A stretch of 64,000 nucleotides of DNA from Phenylobacterium sp. (GTDB taxonomy: Bacteria; Pseudomonadota; Alphaproteobacteria; Caulobacterales; Caulobacteraceae), in NCBI RefSeq assembly GCF_030693405.1, contig NZ_JAUYAW010000052.1, forward strand, positions 13,590-77,589, written 5' to 3'. Shown piece by piece: positions 1 to 7,989 of this stretch (the stretch's first letter is position 1; each line of letters starts with the position of its first letter). A model generated the notes under the pieces. The model worked only from the letters and a program-made list of their open reading frames with translations. It had not been told where the DNA came from and searched no databases. The position numbers and the translations under genes are program-made.

Positions 1-795
1 TATCCCGGCGAGCCGGTGGCCGCCCTGCGGCGCAAGTACGTGCCTATCTATCTGATGCATCGCTATCAGGTTGAGGCGGCCGGCAAGCTGCTGGGCGGGG
101 TGGATTTCGCCTATTCCGTGATTGGCGATGGCAAGGAGTCCGCGGCCTCAGTTCCAGCCCAGGCCCAGCGCGCGGCCCTGTCGGCCCTGCTGGCGGCCCT
201 GGATCCCGCCACCCTGGAGACGCCGCGCGGGCTCATGCCCCTGATGTCGGCCGGCCTCACCGGCCGCACCGACCGGCAGACCGAGATCGAGCTCTTCCCG
301 ACCCTGGCCGGGCCGATCTTCGATCCCCTGGCCGCCGCCGAGGTGGCCGCAGGCCTGCCCCTGGACGTATTATTGAACGACCAGCGCCTGGCCCGGCTGA
401 TCGAGCAGAACCGCCGCGATCCCTCCCTGCCCGGGGCCGGCGAGGCGCTGGACGCCCTGACGGCCAAGGTGCTCGCTGATCCCGCCGATCCAGCCCTCAT
501 CCCCATCGCCCAGCGGACCCAGGCCCGGGCCGTGCTGGACCTCGGCCGGCTGGCCCAGGACCCGGGCGCTGCGCCCGGCGTCACCGCCCAGGCGAGCGCG
601 GCCCTTGAGGCCATCGCGGCGCGGCTGTCGGGCGCCCGGGGCGGCGATGCCGCGACGCGGGCCCACCGCGCGCGGCTGGTGGCCCTGATCGAGGATCCCG
701 CGGAGCTTCGCCGACTGGCTGCGGCCAAGGAGATCCGTCCCGAGACGCCGCCGGGCATGCCCATCGGCTCGGCCGGCTGGCTGGATATGGACTAG
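1..795 (+). CDS. C-terminal part of a probable zinc-dependent metalloprotease (DUF4953/EcxA-like); 5' end lies outside the window
   Basis: Frame is open from base 1 to TAG at 793-795. The segment YVPIYLMHRYQVEAAGKLLGG resembles this family; the catalytic HExxH is not in the visible part. Confidence 0.5.
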   Translation, partial: YPGEPVAALRRKYVPIYLMHRYQVEAAGKLLGGVDFAYSVIGDGKESAASVPAQAQRAALSALLAALDPATLETPRGLMPLMSAGLTGRTDRQTEIELFPTLAGPIFDPLAAAEVAAGLPLDVLLNDQRLARLIEQNRRDPSLPGAGEALDALTAKVLADPADPALIPIAQRTQARAVLDLGRLAQDPGAAPGVTAQASAALEAIAARLSGARGGDAATRAHRARLVALIEDPAELRRLAAAKEIRPETPPGMPIGSAGWLDMD

Positions 796-813
796 GACCG
801 GCCTCCACTTCGC

Positions 814-899
814 CGTCATGGCCCGGCCCCGCCGGGCCATCCATGAACACCGGCGAAGGGCCGTGTGCATGGGCCCTCGGGTCAAGCCCGAGGGCGACG
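814..899 (+). repeat. CGTC-tagged double-hairpin REP/MITE-like element, family A
   Basis: CGTCATGGCCCGG...CCGGGCCATCCATG...CATGGGCCCTCGGGTCAAGCCCGAGGGCGACG, with terminal CGTC/GACG. Four more copies in the window. Lies between convergent genes. Confidence 0.85.
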
Positions 900-921
900 C
901 GGCAATGAGTCGGGCTCCCTT

Positions 922-951
922 GCTCAGCAAGGCTCAGCAAGGCTCAGCCAG
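922..951. repeat. 10-bp tandem repeat x3 (GCTCAGCAAG) overlapping the lysS stop codon
   Basis: GCTCAGCAAG GCTCAGCAAG GCTCAGCCAG at 922, 932 and 942. Confidence 0.9.
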
Positions 952-2626
952 CGACCAGGTCGCCGGCCAGGGCCTTGTCGATCAGCTCCAGGGTACGCTC
1001 GACCCCGAAGATGGCCACGAAGGAGCCGAAGCGCGGCCCCTGGCTCTGGCCGAGCAGGACTTCGTACAGCGCCGTGAACCAGGCCCGCAGGGGCTCGAAG
1101 CCCCCGGCCTTGCCGGCCTCGAACACCTCGTTCTGGATCGCCTCGGCGTCGGCGCCGGCGGGCAGGGCGCGCAGGCGGGCGGCCAGGTCCAGAATCGCCG
1201 CGCGCTCCTGGTCGGTGGGGGCGCGGAAGGTCTTCGCGGGCTTCACGAAGTCCTCGTAATAGTTGATCGCATAGCCGGCCAGGCGGTCGAGCAGCGGATG
1301 ATCGGCCGGCGTCGCGCCGGGGATGTAGCGGCTGATGAAGCCCCAGAGAATCTCCTTGGTCGAGGCGTTGGCCGCCGAGACCAGGTTCAGCATCAGGGCG
1401 AACGAGATCGCCGCGCCCTCGGCCGGGGGATCGCCTCGGTGGACGTGCCAGACCGGGTTGTCGATCTGCGGGTCGTTGGCGCCCTCGGCCTTCTTGCGGT
1501 TGAAGGATTCCAGCTGCTGCAGGTACTCGTCGGTGGCCTTGGGGGCCACGTCGAAGTGCAGCCGCTTGGCCGACTTCGGCGACTGGAACATGTAGTAGGC
1601 CAGGCTTTCGGGGGTGGCGTAGCGCAGCCACTCCTCCATCGAAAAGCCGTTGCCCTTGGTCTTGGAGATCTTCTGGCCGCCCTCGTCGAGGAACAGCTCG
1701 TAGTTGAAGCCCTCCGGCGGAGTTCCGCCCAGCACCTTGCAGACCTGGCTGGAGACCTTGACCGAGTCGATCAGGTCCTTGCCGGCCATCTCATAGTCGA
1801 CGCCAAGGGCGACCCAGCGCAGGGCCCAGTCGGGTTTCCACTGCATCTTCACATGGCCGCCAGTGACCGGGACTTCGACCCGCTCGCCGTCCTCGTCGGC
1901 GAAGATGATGGTTCCGCGGTCCACATGGCGTTCGAGCGTCGGGACCTGCAGCACCTTGCCGGTCCTGGGGCTCACCGGCAGGAAGGGGGAGTAGGTGGCG
2001 CGGCGCTCTTCGCCCAGCGTCGGCAGCATGATCTTCTGGATGGCGTCGAAGCGCTCCAGGGCGACCAGCAGGGTGGCGTCGAACCGGCCCGAGCGATAGG
2101 CCTCCGTCGACGACATGAATTCGTAGTCGAAGCCGAACCCATCGAGGAAGGCGCGCAGGCGGGCGTTGTTGTGGGCCGCAAAGCTCTCATGGGTCCCGAA
2201 CGGGTCGCGGACCACGCTGAGGGACTTTTCCAGGTCCTCCTGCAGCATCTCCTGGTTGGGCAGGCCCGGCGGGACCTTGCGCATCCCGTCCATGTCGTCG
2301 GAGAAGGCGATCAGCCGGGTGGGGACGGCGTCGTCGGTCAGCGCCCGGAAGGCGGTGCGAACCATGGTGGTCCGCGCCACCTCGCCGAAGGTGCCCACAT
2401 GGGGCAGGCCCGACGGGCCATAGCCGGTCTCGAAGATGACCGACCGCTGCAGGGGCTCCAGCGCAGCCACGGCCTCGTCGGCCTTGCCGGCATTGATGAG
2501 CGTAACGGCCAGATCCCGCTCGGCGTCGGACAGCCGCAGGCGCAGGATCCGCGCCAGCAGGGCGCGCGCCTGTTCGAACGGCCAGCTCTTGGCCCCTTGG
2601 GCCGCATGTGAAAGTCCCTGAAGCAT
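944..2626 (-). CDS. lysS: Lysine--tRNA ligase, class I
   Basis: HIGH-like [18 protein letters not shown]-like [22 protein letters not shown]. Start set at MLQGLS (2626); the longer ORF start lies inside a repeat. Confidence 0.95.
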   Translation of the reverse strand: MLQGLSHAAQGAKSWPFEQARALLARILRLRLSDAERDLAVTLINAGKADEAVAALEPLQRSVIFETGYGPSGLPHVGTFGEVARTTMVRTAFRALTDDAVPTRLIAFSDDMDGMRKVPPGLPNQEMLQEDLEKSLSVVRDPFGTHESFAAHNNARLRAFLDGFGFDYEFMSSTEAYRSGRFDATLLVALERFDAIQKIMLPTLGEERRATYSPFLPVSPRTGKVLQVPTLERHVDRGTIIFADEDGERVEVPVTGGHVKMQWKPDWALRWVALGVDYEMAGKDLIDSVKVSSQVCKVLGGTPPEGFNYELFLDEGGQKISKTKGNGFSMEEWLRYATPESLAYYMFQSPKSAKRLHFDVAPKATDEYLQQLESFNRKKAEGANDPQIDNPVWHVHRGDPPAEGAAISFALMLNLVSAANASTKEILWGFISRYIPGATPADHPLLDRLAGYAINYYEDFVKPAKTFRAPTDQERAAILDLAARLRALPAGADAEAIQNEVFEAGKAGGFEPLRAWFTALYEVLLGQSQGPRFGSFVAIFGVERTLELIDKALAGDLVAG

Positions 2627-2715
2627 GGCGCAGGCGGTAGCGCGCATGACCGCCTGCCTCAAGCGGCATTTGCCTGACGGGCCTTGCGTCGTGAGCTGTA
2701 CGGCCCACCTGCCCC

Positions 2716-2800
2716 GCTTCCCTCGGGCTTGACCCGAGGGCCCGTGCACACCTGGCCTGCTCGGTGCTCATGGATGGCCCGGTCAAGCCGGGCCATGACG
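2716..2800 (-). repeat. CGTC-tagged element, family A (reverse orientation)
   Basis: CCCTCGGGCTTGACCCGAGGG...ATGGATGGCCCGGTCAAGCCGGGCCATGACG is the reverse complement of the 814-899 type. Confidence 0.85.
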
Positions 2801-2839
2801 GCGGAGGGGGAGGGGTTGCGTCTCAGGCCGTTAGAGAAA

Positions 2840-2903
2840 ACCACGAAGGGCACGAAGATCACCAAGGGCGCGGTGTCTTCGTGCCCATTGTGCCCTTTGT
2901 GGT
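2840..2903. repeat. Imperfect 64-bp palindrome built from 9-bp subunits (CACGAAGNN), family C
   Basis: Left arm ACCACGAAGGGCACGAAGATCACCAAG (2840-2866); right arm CTTCGTGCCCATTGTGCCCTTTGTGGT (2877-2903). Confidence 0.75.
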
Positions 2904-2929
2904 GACCTTCTAACCGGCGCTCCGCGCCG

Positions 2930-3355
2930 TCAGCCCTCGGTGGGCGTCTGGAAGTGGCCGCGGATGGCGGCGACGGGCTTGGCGCGGGCTTCCTGCCAGG
3001 CCTCGACGTGGACCGATGAAATCCGGCGGCCGGCCTTCTTGATCTCCGCCCGGGCATAGGTGTCCATGGCCCGGCCCGGCCGCAGATAGTCGATGGTCAC
3101 GTCGATGGTCTTGGCGGGCCGGGGGCCGCCGGTGATCACCGCCAGTTGGGCCAGCGCCGTCATCTCCATGAAGGCGCCCAGCACGCCGCCATGCAGGGCC
3201 GGCAGCAGTGTGTTGCCGATCAGGTGCGGCGAGAAGGGCAGGATGGCGGTCATCTCGTCCCCGGCCAGCTCGGCCCGCATGCCGAGGAAGGCGATATAGG
3301 GGGTGCGCGCCAGGAAGGCGGCCAGCCGCTCGGCCGGTGTGGTCTCGGTGCTCAT
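2930..3355 (-). CDS. PaaI-family (hotdog fold) thioesterase
   Basis: LHGGVLGAFME and TIDVTIDYLRPG hotdog motifs. Confidence 0.9.
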   Translation of the reverse strand: MSTETTPAERLAAFLARTPYIAFLGMRAELAGDEMTAILPFSPHLIGNTLLPALHGGVLGAFMEMTALAQLAVITGGPRPAKTIDVTIDYLRPGRAMDTYARAEIKKAGRRISSVHVEAWQEARAKPVAAIRGHFQTPTEG

Positions 3356-3807
3356 GCGCCGCCTCCGATCAGGGCGAAGGCCGCCTGGGCTGTCGCCACC
3401 GGATCGTCGGGGTCGCCGTCATGGGCCAGCGCCCGGACAAAGGCGATGGTGCGGGTCAGCTTGTAGCAGTGGCCGTCGGCGATCAGGTCGGCCTGGGGCC
3501 TGGCCGGCCGCATATAGTCGATGCGCAGATCCAGCGTGCCCTGGGGGACCGCATTGGCTGCGCGGATCGACAGGCCGCAGACATGGTCGAGCAGGGTGGT
3601 GACGACGCCGGAGGCGATGACCCCGGTCTCGGGGTCCCCCACCAGGTCGGCGCGCCAGGGAACCCGGATGGCGCCGCGGGCTTCACTGATGGAGACGAAC
3701 TGGAAGCCCAGGGCCTCGGTTTGCGGAGTGCGGGTGACCATGTGCCGGGCCGCCTGCTCGTCCAGGCGCCCGGTCATGGCGGTGATGAAATCGGGCGGCT
3801 TGACCAT
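3352..3807 (-). CDS. PaaI-family thioesterase, paired with the downstream gene (4-bp overlap)
   Basis: GVIASGVVTTLLDHVCG and TLDLRIDYMRPA motifs. Confidence 0.9.
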   Translation of the reverse strand: MVKPPDFITAMTGRLDEQAARHMVTRTPQTEALGFQFVSISEARGAIRVPWRADLVGDPETGVIASGVVTTLLDHVCGLSIRAANAVPQGTLDLRIDYMRPARPQADLIADGHCYKLTRTIAFVRALAHDGDPDDPVATAQAAFALIGGGA

Positions 3808-3868
3808 CCCTGAGGGCCTAGCGGCTTGCCCTCGGGGCGGTCAACGAAAACGGCGCCGCCCGAGCGTC

Positions 3869-3973
3869 TTAGAACAGCGGCAGGGTGTTGCTGTAGGCGG
3901 CGATGGCGATGGCCAGGACAGGGGTGGCGGCCAGGGCGATGTTGGCGAAGGCGAGGAGGTTGGAGCGGATCAT
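3869..3973 (-). CDS. Small 34-aa hydrophobic protein, below the ORF-track cutoff (MIRSNLLAFANIALAATPVLAIAIAAYSNTLPLF)
   Basis: Translated by hand: ATG 3973 to TAA 3869. Nearly all codons end in G/C like host genes; one transmembrane-like stretch. Confidence 0.7.
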   Translation of the reverse strand: MIRSNLLAFANIALAATPVLAIAIAAYSNTLPLF

Positions 3974-4165
3974 GGCGGGTCTCTTCAGGTTTGTGTGGGT
4001 GGAGCGCGTCGGCCGCGTTCCGATGACCCGTGTATAGTTTCTCGCTCTTCGGAATACTCGTTAAGTCTTGGTCATGAGCTCGATTTCATAATATGAATAC
4101 TGTGTAATGAAGTGGACGTTTCGTAATCTGGCGGCGGCGGGCCGGGCTCACCATCTGGAGAGGCG

Positions 4166-5176
4166 ATGATCAGACCGCAGGACCTGCTCTGTCCCCGCCC
4201 CGAAGGGCTCTATTGCCCGCCCGGCGACTTCTACATCGACCCGGTCCGGCCGGTGGGGCGCGCCGTGGTGACCCACGGCCATGCCGACCACGCCCGCTCA
4301 GGCCACGGGGCGGTGCTGGCGACGCCGGAAACCCTGGCCATCATGGGCGAACGCTACGGCGCGGATTTCACCGCCACCCGCCAGCCCGCCCCCTATGGCG
4401 AGACGGTGGCCCGGGACGATGTGGAGGTGACTCTGGTCCCGGCCGGCCACGTTCTGGGCTCGGCCCAGGCGGTGGTCCGCTGGAAGGGCCTGACCATGGT
4501 GGTATCCGGCGACTACAAGCGACGGCGAGATCCCACCTGCGCGGCCTTCGAGCCCGTCCCCTGCGACGTCTTCATCACCGAGGCCACCTTCGGCCTGCCG
4601 GTCTTCCGTCACCCGGACGACGCCGGCGAGATCGCCCGGCTGCTGCGCTCGGTGGCCCAGTTTCCCGAGCGGACGCACATGGTCGGCGCCTATGCGCTCG
4701 GCAAGGCCCAGCGGGTCATCCGCCTGCTGCGCGAGGGCGGCTGGGACAAGCCGATCTATGTCCACGGCGCGCTGGAACGCCTGAACCGCCTCTATGAGGA
4801 CCACGGGGTGGACCTTGGCCCCCTGCTGCCGGCCACCGTCGACAAGAAGCAGGACTTCGCCGGCGCCATCGTGATCGGCCCGCCCTCGGCGCTGGTCGAT
4901 CGCTGGGGGCGGCGGTTCAACGACCCGGTCCTGGCCTTCGCCTCAGGCTGGATGCGGGTCCGCGCCCGGGCCCGCCAGCGGGGCGTGGAGCTGCCGCTGA
5001 TCATCTCCGACCACGCCGACTGGGACGAACTGACCGCCACGGTGGATGAGATCCGCCCTGGCGAGCTGTGGATCACCCATGGCCGGGAGGAGGCCCTGGC
5101 CCGCTGGTCCGAGCTTGCGGGCATTCCGGCCCGGGCGCTGGCCCTGGTCGGCTATGAGGAAGAGGACGAGGCGTGA
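4166..5176 (+). CDS. Ligase-associated DNA damage response exonuclease (metallo-beta-lactamase/beta-CASP fold)
   Basis: THGHADH, AGHVLGS, SGDYK, ITEATFGLP and SDHADW motifs; located next to an ATP-dependent ligase. Confidence 0.9.
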   Translation: MIRPQDLLCPRPEGLYCPPGDFYIDPVRPVGRAVVTHGHADHARSGHGAVLATPETLAIMGERYGADFTATRQPAPYGETVARDDVEVTLVPAGHVLGSAQAVVRWKGLTMVVSGDYKRRRDPTCAAFEPVPCDVFITEATFGLPVFRHPDDAGEIARLLRSVAQFPERTHMVGAYALGKAQRVIRLLREGGWDKPIYVHGALERLNRLYEDHGVDLGPLLPATVDKKQDFAGAIVIGPPSALVDRWGRRFNDPVLAFASGWMRVRARARQRGVELPLIISDHADWDELTATVDEIRPGELWITHGREEALARWSELAGIPARALALVGYEEEDEA

Positions 5177-5187
5177 GGCGGCCGTCC

Positions 5188-5454
5188 TCAGATGCAGGGC
5201 GGCAGGGTCAGCAGGCTGTCGTTCCACTGGCTTTTGGCATAGGCCCGCAGGTACTTGCCGTTCGGCCCATTGAGTATGTTGATCTCGGCCCGCTCGCCGC
5301 CGACCTGGAGATAGAAGGTGTCGCGGCCCCCCTCGATGGCGGCGATCACCTCGGCCTTGCTGCGCTTCCAGCCGTTGCCGCCCAGATGGGTGATCCCCTC
5401 GTGGGGGTTCTTCCGGGGCTGTCTCGTGATGCAGGTCACGCGGGCGTCGGCCAT
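5188..5454 (-). CDS. DUF3892-like small protein (88 aa)
   Basis: MADARVTCI...HEGITHLGG...GKYLRAYAKSQWNDSLLTLPPC matches the family pattern (YL.T..D....NNLL.LP.C) from memory. Confidence 0.7.
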   Translation of the reverse strand: MADARVTCITRQPRKNPHEGITHLGGNGWKRSKAEVIAAIEGGRDTFYLQVGGERAEINILNGPNGKYLRAYAKSQWNDSLLTLPPCI

Positions 5455-5546
5455 GGTCAGGGGCTCCCGGGCTTGCGCGCCAGTCGGCGCGGTCACCTCC
5501 GCTATAGCCGAACCGCTGCGGCGCGCCAGCCGGGGCCGGGCCTCTG

Positions 5547-7169
5547 ATGCGCGCCTTCGCCGATCTGCTCGACCGTCTGTCCCTGACCGCCTCGCGTAAC
5601 GCCAAGCTGACGCTCGTGCGGGACTATCTGGCCACAACCCCCGATCCCGACCGCGGGTGGGCGCTGGCGGCCCTGACCGGCGACCTCTCCTTTTCCGCCG
5701 CCAAGCCGGCCTTCATCCGCAAGGCGGTGGAAGAGCGGATGGACGCCGTCCTGTTCCGCTGGTCCTACGACTATGTGGGGGACCTGGCCGAGACCGTGGC
5801 CCTGGTCTGGCCCACCCGCCCCGGCGCCAACCGCGAGCCGGAGCTTTCCGAAGTAGTGGACGCCCTGGCCGGCGCCAGTCGGGCCGAGGTCCAGCGGCTG
5901 ATCGAGGGCTGGCTGGATGCGCTGACAGACCCCACCGCCCGCTGGGCGCTGCTCAAGCTGATGACGGGGGGCCTGCGGGTCGGCGTTTCCTCGCGCCTGG
6001 CCAAACAGGCCTGCGCCGATCTGGGCGGGGTGGCGATCGCCGAGGTCGAAGAGGTCTGGCACGCCCTGCACGCGCCCTATGAGGACCTGTTCGCCTGGCT
6101 GGAGGGTCACGGGGCGCGGCCCTCCCCCGATGTGCCGGGGCGGTTCCGGCCGGTGATGCTGGCCCAGGCCATCGATGAGGCCGTGGATTTTGGCCGCCTC
6201 GACCCGGCGGCCTATGCGGCGGAGTGGAAGTGGGACGGCATCCGCATCCAAGCCGTCAGCGAGGCGGGCGTGAAGCGGCTCTACAGCCGCACCGGCGACG
6301 ACATCTCGGCTGTCTTTCCCGACGTGGTCGAGGCGCTGGATTTCGAGGGCGCCCTGGACGGCGAGCTGCTGGTGCGCCGCGACGGCGTCGTCGCCCCGTT
6401 CGGCGATCTGCAGCAGCGGCTGAACCGCAAGACCGTCGACGCCAAGATGCTGCGGACCTATCCGGCCGCCATCCGCGCCTACGACATCCTGGCCCTGGAG
6501 GGCGAGGACCTGCGGACCCTGGCCTTCACCGAGCGGCGCGTCCGCCTGGAGGCGCTGGTGGCGCAGCTGGCCGATCCGCGCATCGATCTGTCCCCCCTGC
6601 AGCCCTTCGAGAGCTGGAGCGAGCTGGCCGACCTGCGAGCCGATCCGCCGGCGGGCGATCCGCAGATCGCCGAGGGGCTGATGCTCAAGCACCTGACCTC
6701 GATCTATGAGGCCGGCCGCCCCAAGGGGCCGTGGTTCAAGTGGAAGCGCGACCCGTTCCTGATCGATGCGGTGCTGATGTACGCCCAGCGCGGGCACGGC
6801 AAGCGCTCCAGCTTCTATTCCGACTACACCTTCGGGGTGTGGACGATCGCGTCCGAGGGCGAGCGGGTGTTGACCCCGGTGGGCAAGGCCTATTTCGGCT
6901 TCACCGACGCCGAGCTGAAAGAGATCGACAAGTTCGTCCGCGACAACACGATCGAGCGTTTCGGCCCGGTCCGTTCGGTCCGCGCCGAGCCGCATATAGG
7001 CCTGGTCTTCGAGGTGGCCTTCGAGGGTCTGCAGCGCTCCCCCCGGCACAAGTCCGGCGTGGCCATGCGGTTTCCCCGCATCAGCCGCCTGCGCTGGGAC
7101 AAGCCCCCTGGCGAGGCCGACGAGCTCTCCACCCTGGAGCGGATGCTCGACCAGATGGAGCGGCGGTAG
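5547..7169 (+). CDS. ATP-dependent DNA ligase (cisplatin-damage-response type)
   Basis: Motif I EWKWDGIR, LDGEL, EGLMLK, WFKWKRDP, and the C-terminal RFPRI motif. Confidence 0.92.
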   Translation: MRAFADLLDRLSLTASRNAKLTLVRDYLATTPDPDRGWALAALTGDLSFSAAKPAFIRKAVEERMDAVLFRWSYDYVGDLAETVALVWPTRPGANREPELSEVVDALAGASRAEVQRLIEGWLDALTDPTARWALLKLMTGGLRVGVSSRLAKQACADLGGVAIAEVEEVWHALHAPYEDLFAWLEGHGARPSPDVPGRFRPVMLAQAIDEAVDFGRLDPAAYAAEWKWDGIRIQAVSEAGVKRLYSRTGDDISAVFPDVVEALDFEGALDGELLVRRDGVVAPFGDLQQRLNRKTVDAKMLRTYPAAIRAYDILALEGEDLRTLAFTERRVRLEALVAQLADPRIDLSPLQPFESWSELADLRADPPAGDPQIAEGLMLKHLTSIYEAGRPKGPWFKWKRDPFLIDAVLMYAQRGHGKRSSFYSDYTFGVWTIASEGERVLTPVGKAYFGFTDAELKEIDKFVRDNTIERFGPVRSVRAEPHIGLVFEVAFEGLQRSPRHKSGVAMRFPRISRLRWDKPPGEADELSTLERMLDQMERR

Positions 7170-7182
7170 GGGCGAGGCTGTG

Positions 7183-7291
7183 CGTCCTTCGAGGCTCGCT
7201 TCGCTCGCACCACAGGATGAGGGAGGTTTGTGCAGGCTGAACCGTCTCAGTCTGTCCTCATCCTGAGGCGCCCGAAGGGCCTCGAAGGACG
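7183..7291 (+). repeat. CGTC-tagged element, family B (CCTCATCCTGAGG core)
   Basis: CGTCCTTCGAGGCTCGCTTCGCTCGCACC.CAGGATGAGG...CCTCATCCTGAGGCGCCCGAAGGGCCTCGAAGGACG; copies at 19361 and 28836. Confidence 0.85.
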
Positions 7292-7313
7292 AGGGCGGTC
7301 GCACAGCTTTCCC

Positions 7314-7400
7314 CGTCATGGTCGGGCTTGACCCGACCATCCATGAACACCGGATTGGACGCGGAGTGCATGGACCCTCGGGTCAAGTCCGAGGGTGACG
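7314..7400 (+). repeat. CGTC-tagged element, family A
   Basis: CGTCATGGTCGGGCTTGACCCGACCATCCATG...CCCTCGGGTCAAGTCCGAGGGTGACG. Confidence 0.85.
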
Positions 7401-7414
7401 GGTTGGTGAGCTGG

Positions 7415-7945
7415 TCACGGCAGCCGGCCCTCGGCCTTCAGGAAGGCGCGCAGGTCGCCGCCTTCGAAGAGCAGGCCCTCGACGCCGGCGCGGGCGGCGG
7501 CCTGCATGTCGCCGAGCTTGTCGCCGATCATGAAGGAGGCGGCGCGGTCCACCGGCCAGTCGGCCATGGCCCGCAGAAGCATGCCGGGATTAGGCTTCCG
7601 GTCGGGGGGATCGGGATGCCGATAGGTCTCGACCACCGCCTCGGGATGATGCGGGCAGTGGTAGAAGGCGTCGATCCGCGCTCCGTCCTTCGCCAGGTCC
7701 TCGGCCATGGCGCCGTGCAGGGCGTGCATGTCGGCCTCAGTGTAATAGCCCCGCCCGACGCCGGACTGATTGGTGACCACAAAGACCCACCAGCCGGCCC
7801 GGTTGAAGGCGGCGATCACGGCCTTGGCGCCGTCGATCCAGGTGAAGTCCGCCCAGCGGTAGACATACCCATGATCGACGTTCAGCACCCCGTCCCGGTC
7901 CAGGAAGAGGGCGGGTCTGGCGCGTTTTTCGGCGTCGGCGGCCAT
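7415..7945 (-). CDS. gmhB: D-glycero-D-manno-heptose 1,7-bisphosphate phosphatase (HAD-IIIA)
   Basis: FLDRDGVLN, VTNQSGVGRG, CPHHP, RKPNPGML and MIGDK motifs. Start set at MAADAE. Confidence 0.85.
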   Translation of the reverse strand: MAADAEKRARPALFLDRDGVLNVDHGYVYRWADFTWIDGAKAVIAAFNRAGWWVFVVTNQSGVGRGYYTEADMHALHGAMAEDLAKDGARIDAFYHCPHHPEAVVETYRHPDPPDRKPNPGMLLRAMADWPVDRAASFMIGDKLGDMQAAARAGVEGLLFEGGDLRAFLKAEGRLP

Positions 7946-7989
7946 AGTCTCCCCTGAAGGCTCGCGGGGCGACGGCGCCCCGGCGGCGG

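Noticed and set aside
818-2611. Long antisense ORF opposite lysS (likewise 5502-7340, 41702-43873, 59718-63002 and many others)
   Set aside because: Shadow frames produced by strong GC3 bias; the opposite strand carries clear conserved proteins and these ORFs have no recognisable motifs.
944-2626. Class I (archaeal-type) LysRS as a sign of horizontal transfer
   Set aside because: Class I LysRS is normal in many alphaproteobacteria, and its codon usage is host-like.
2627-2749. N-terminal extension of LysRS starting [10 protein letters not shown]
   Set aside because: The ATG lies inside a family A repeat, and the same peptide appears at other repeat copies; it is an artefact of the element.
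4030-4165. LexA box upstream of the exonuclease-ligase locus
   Set aside because: No GTTC-N7-GTTC or GAAC-N7-GAAC found on reading the region.
7183-7400. Repeat clusters as a possible CRISPR array
   Set aside because: Copies are long palindromes dispersed kilobases apart, with no regular repeat-spacer periodicity and no cas genes in the window.
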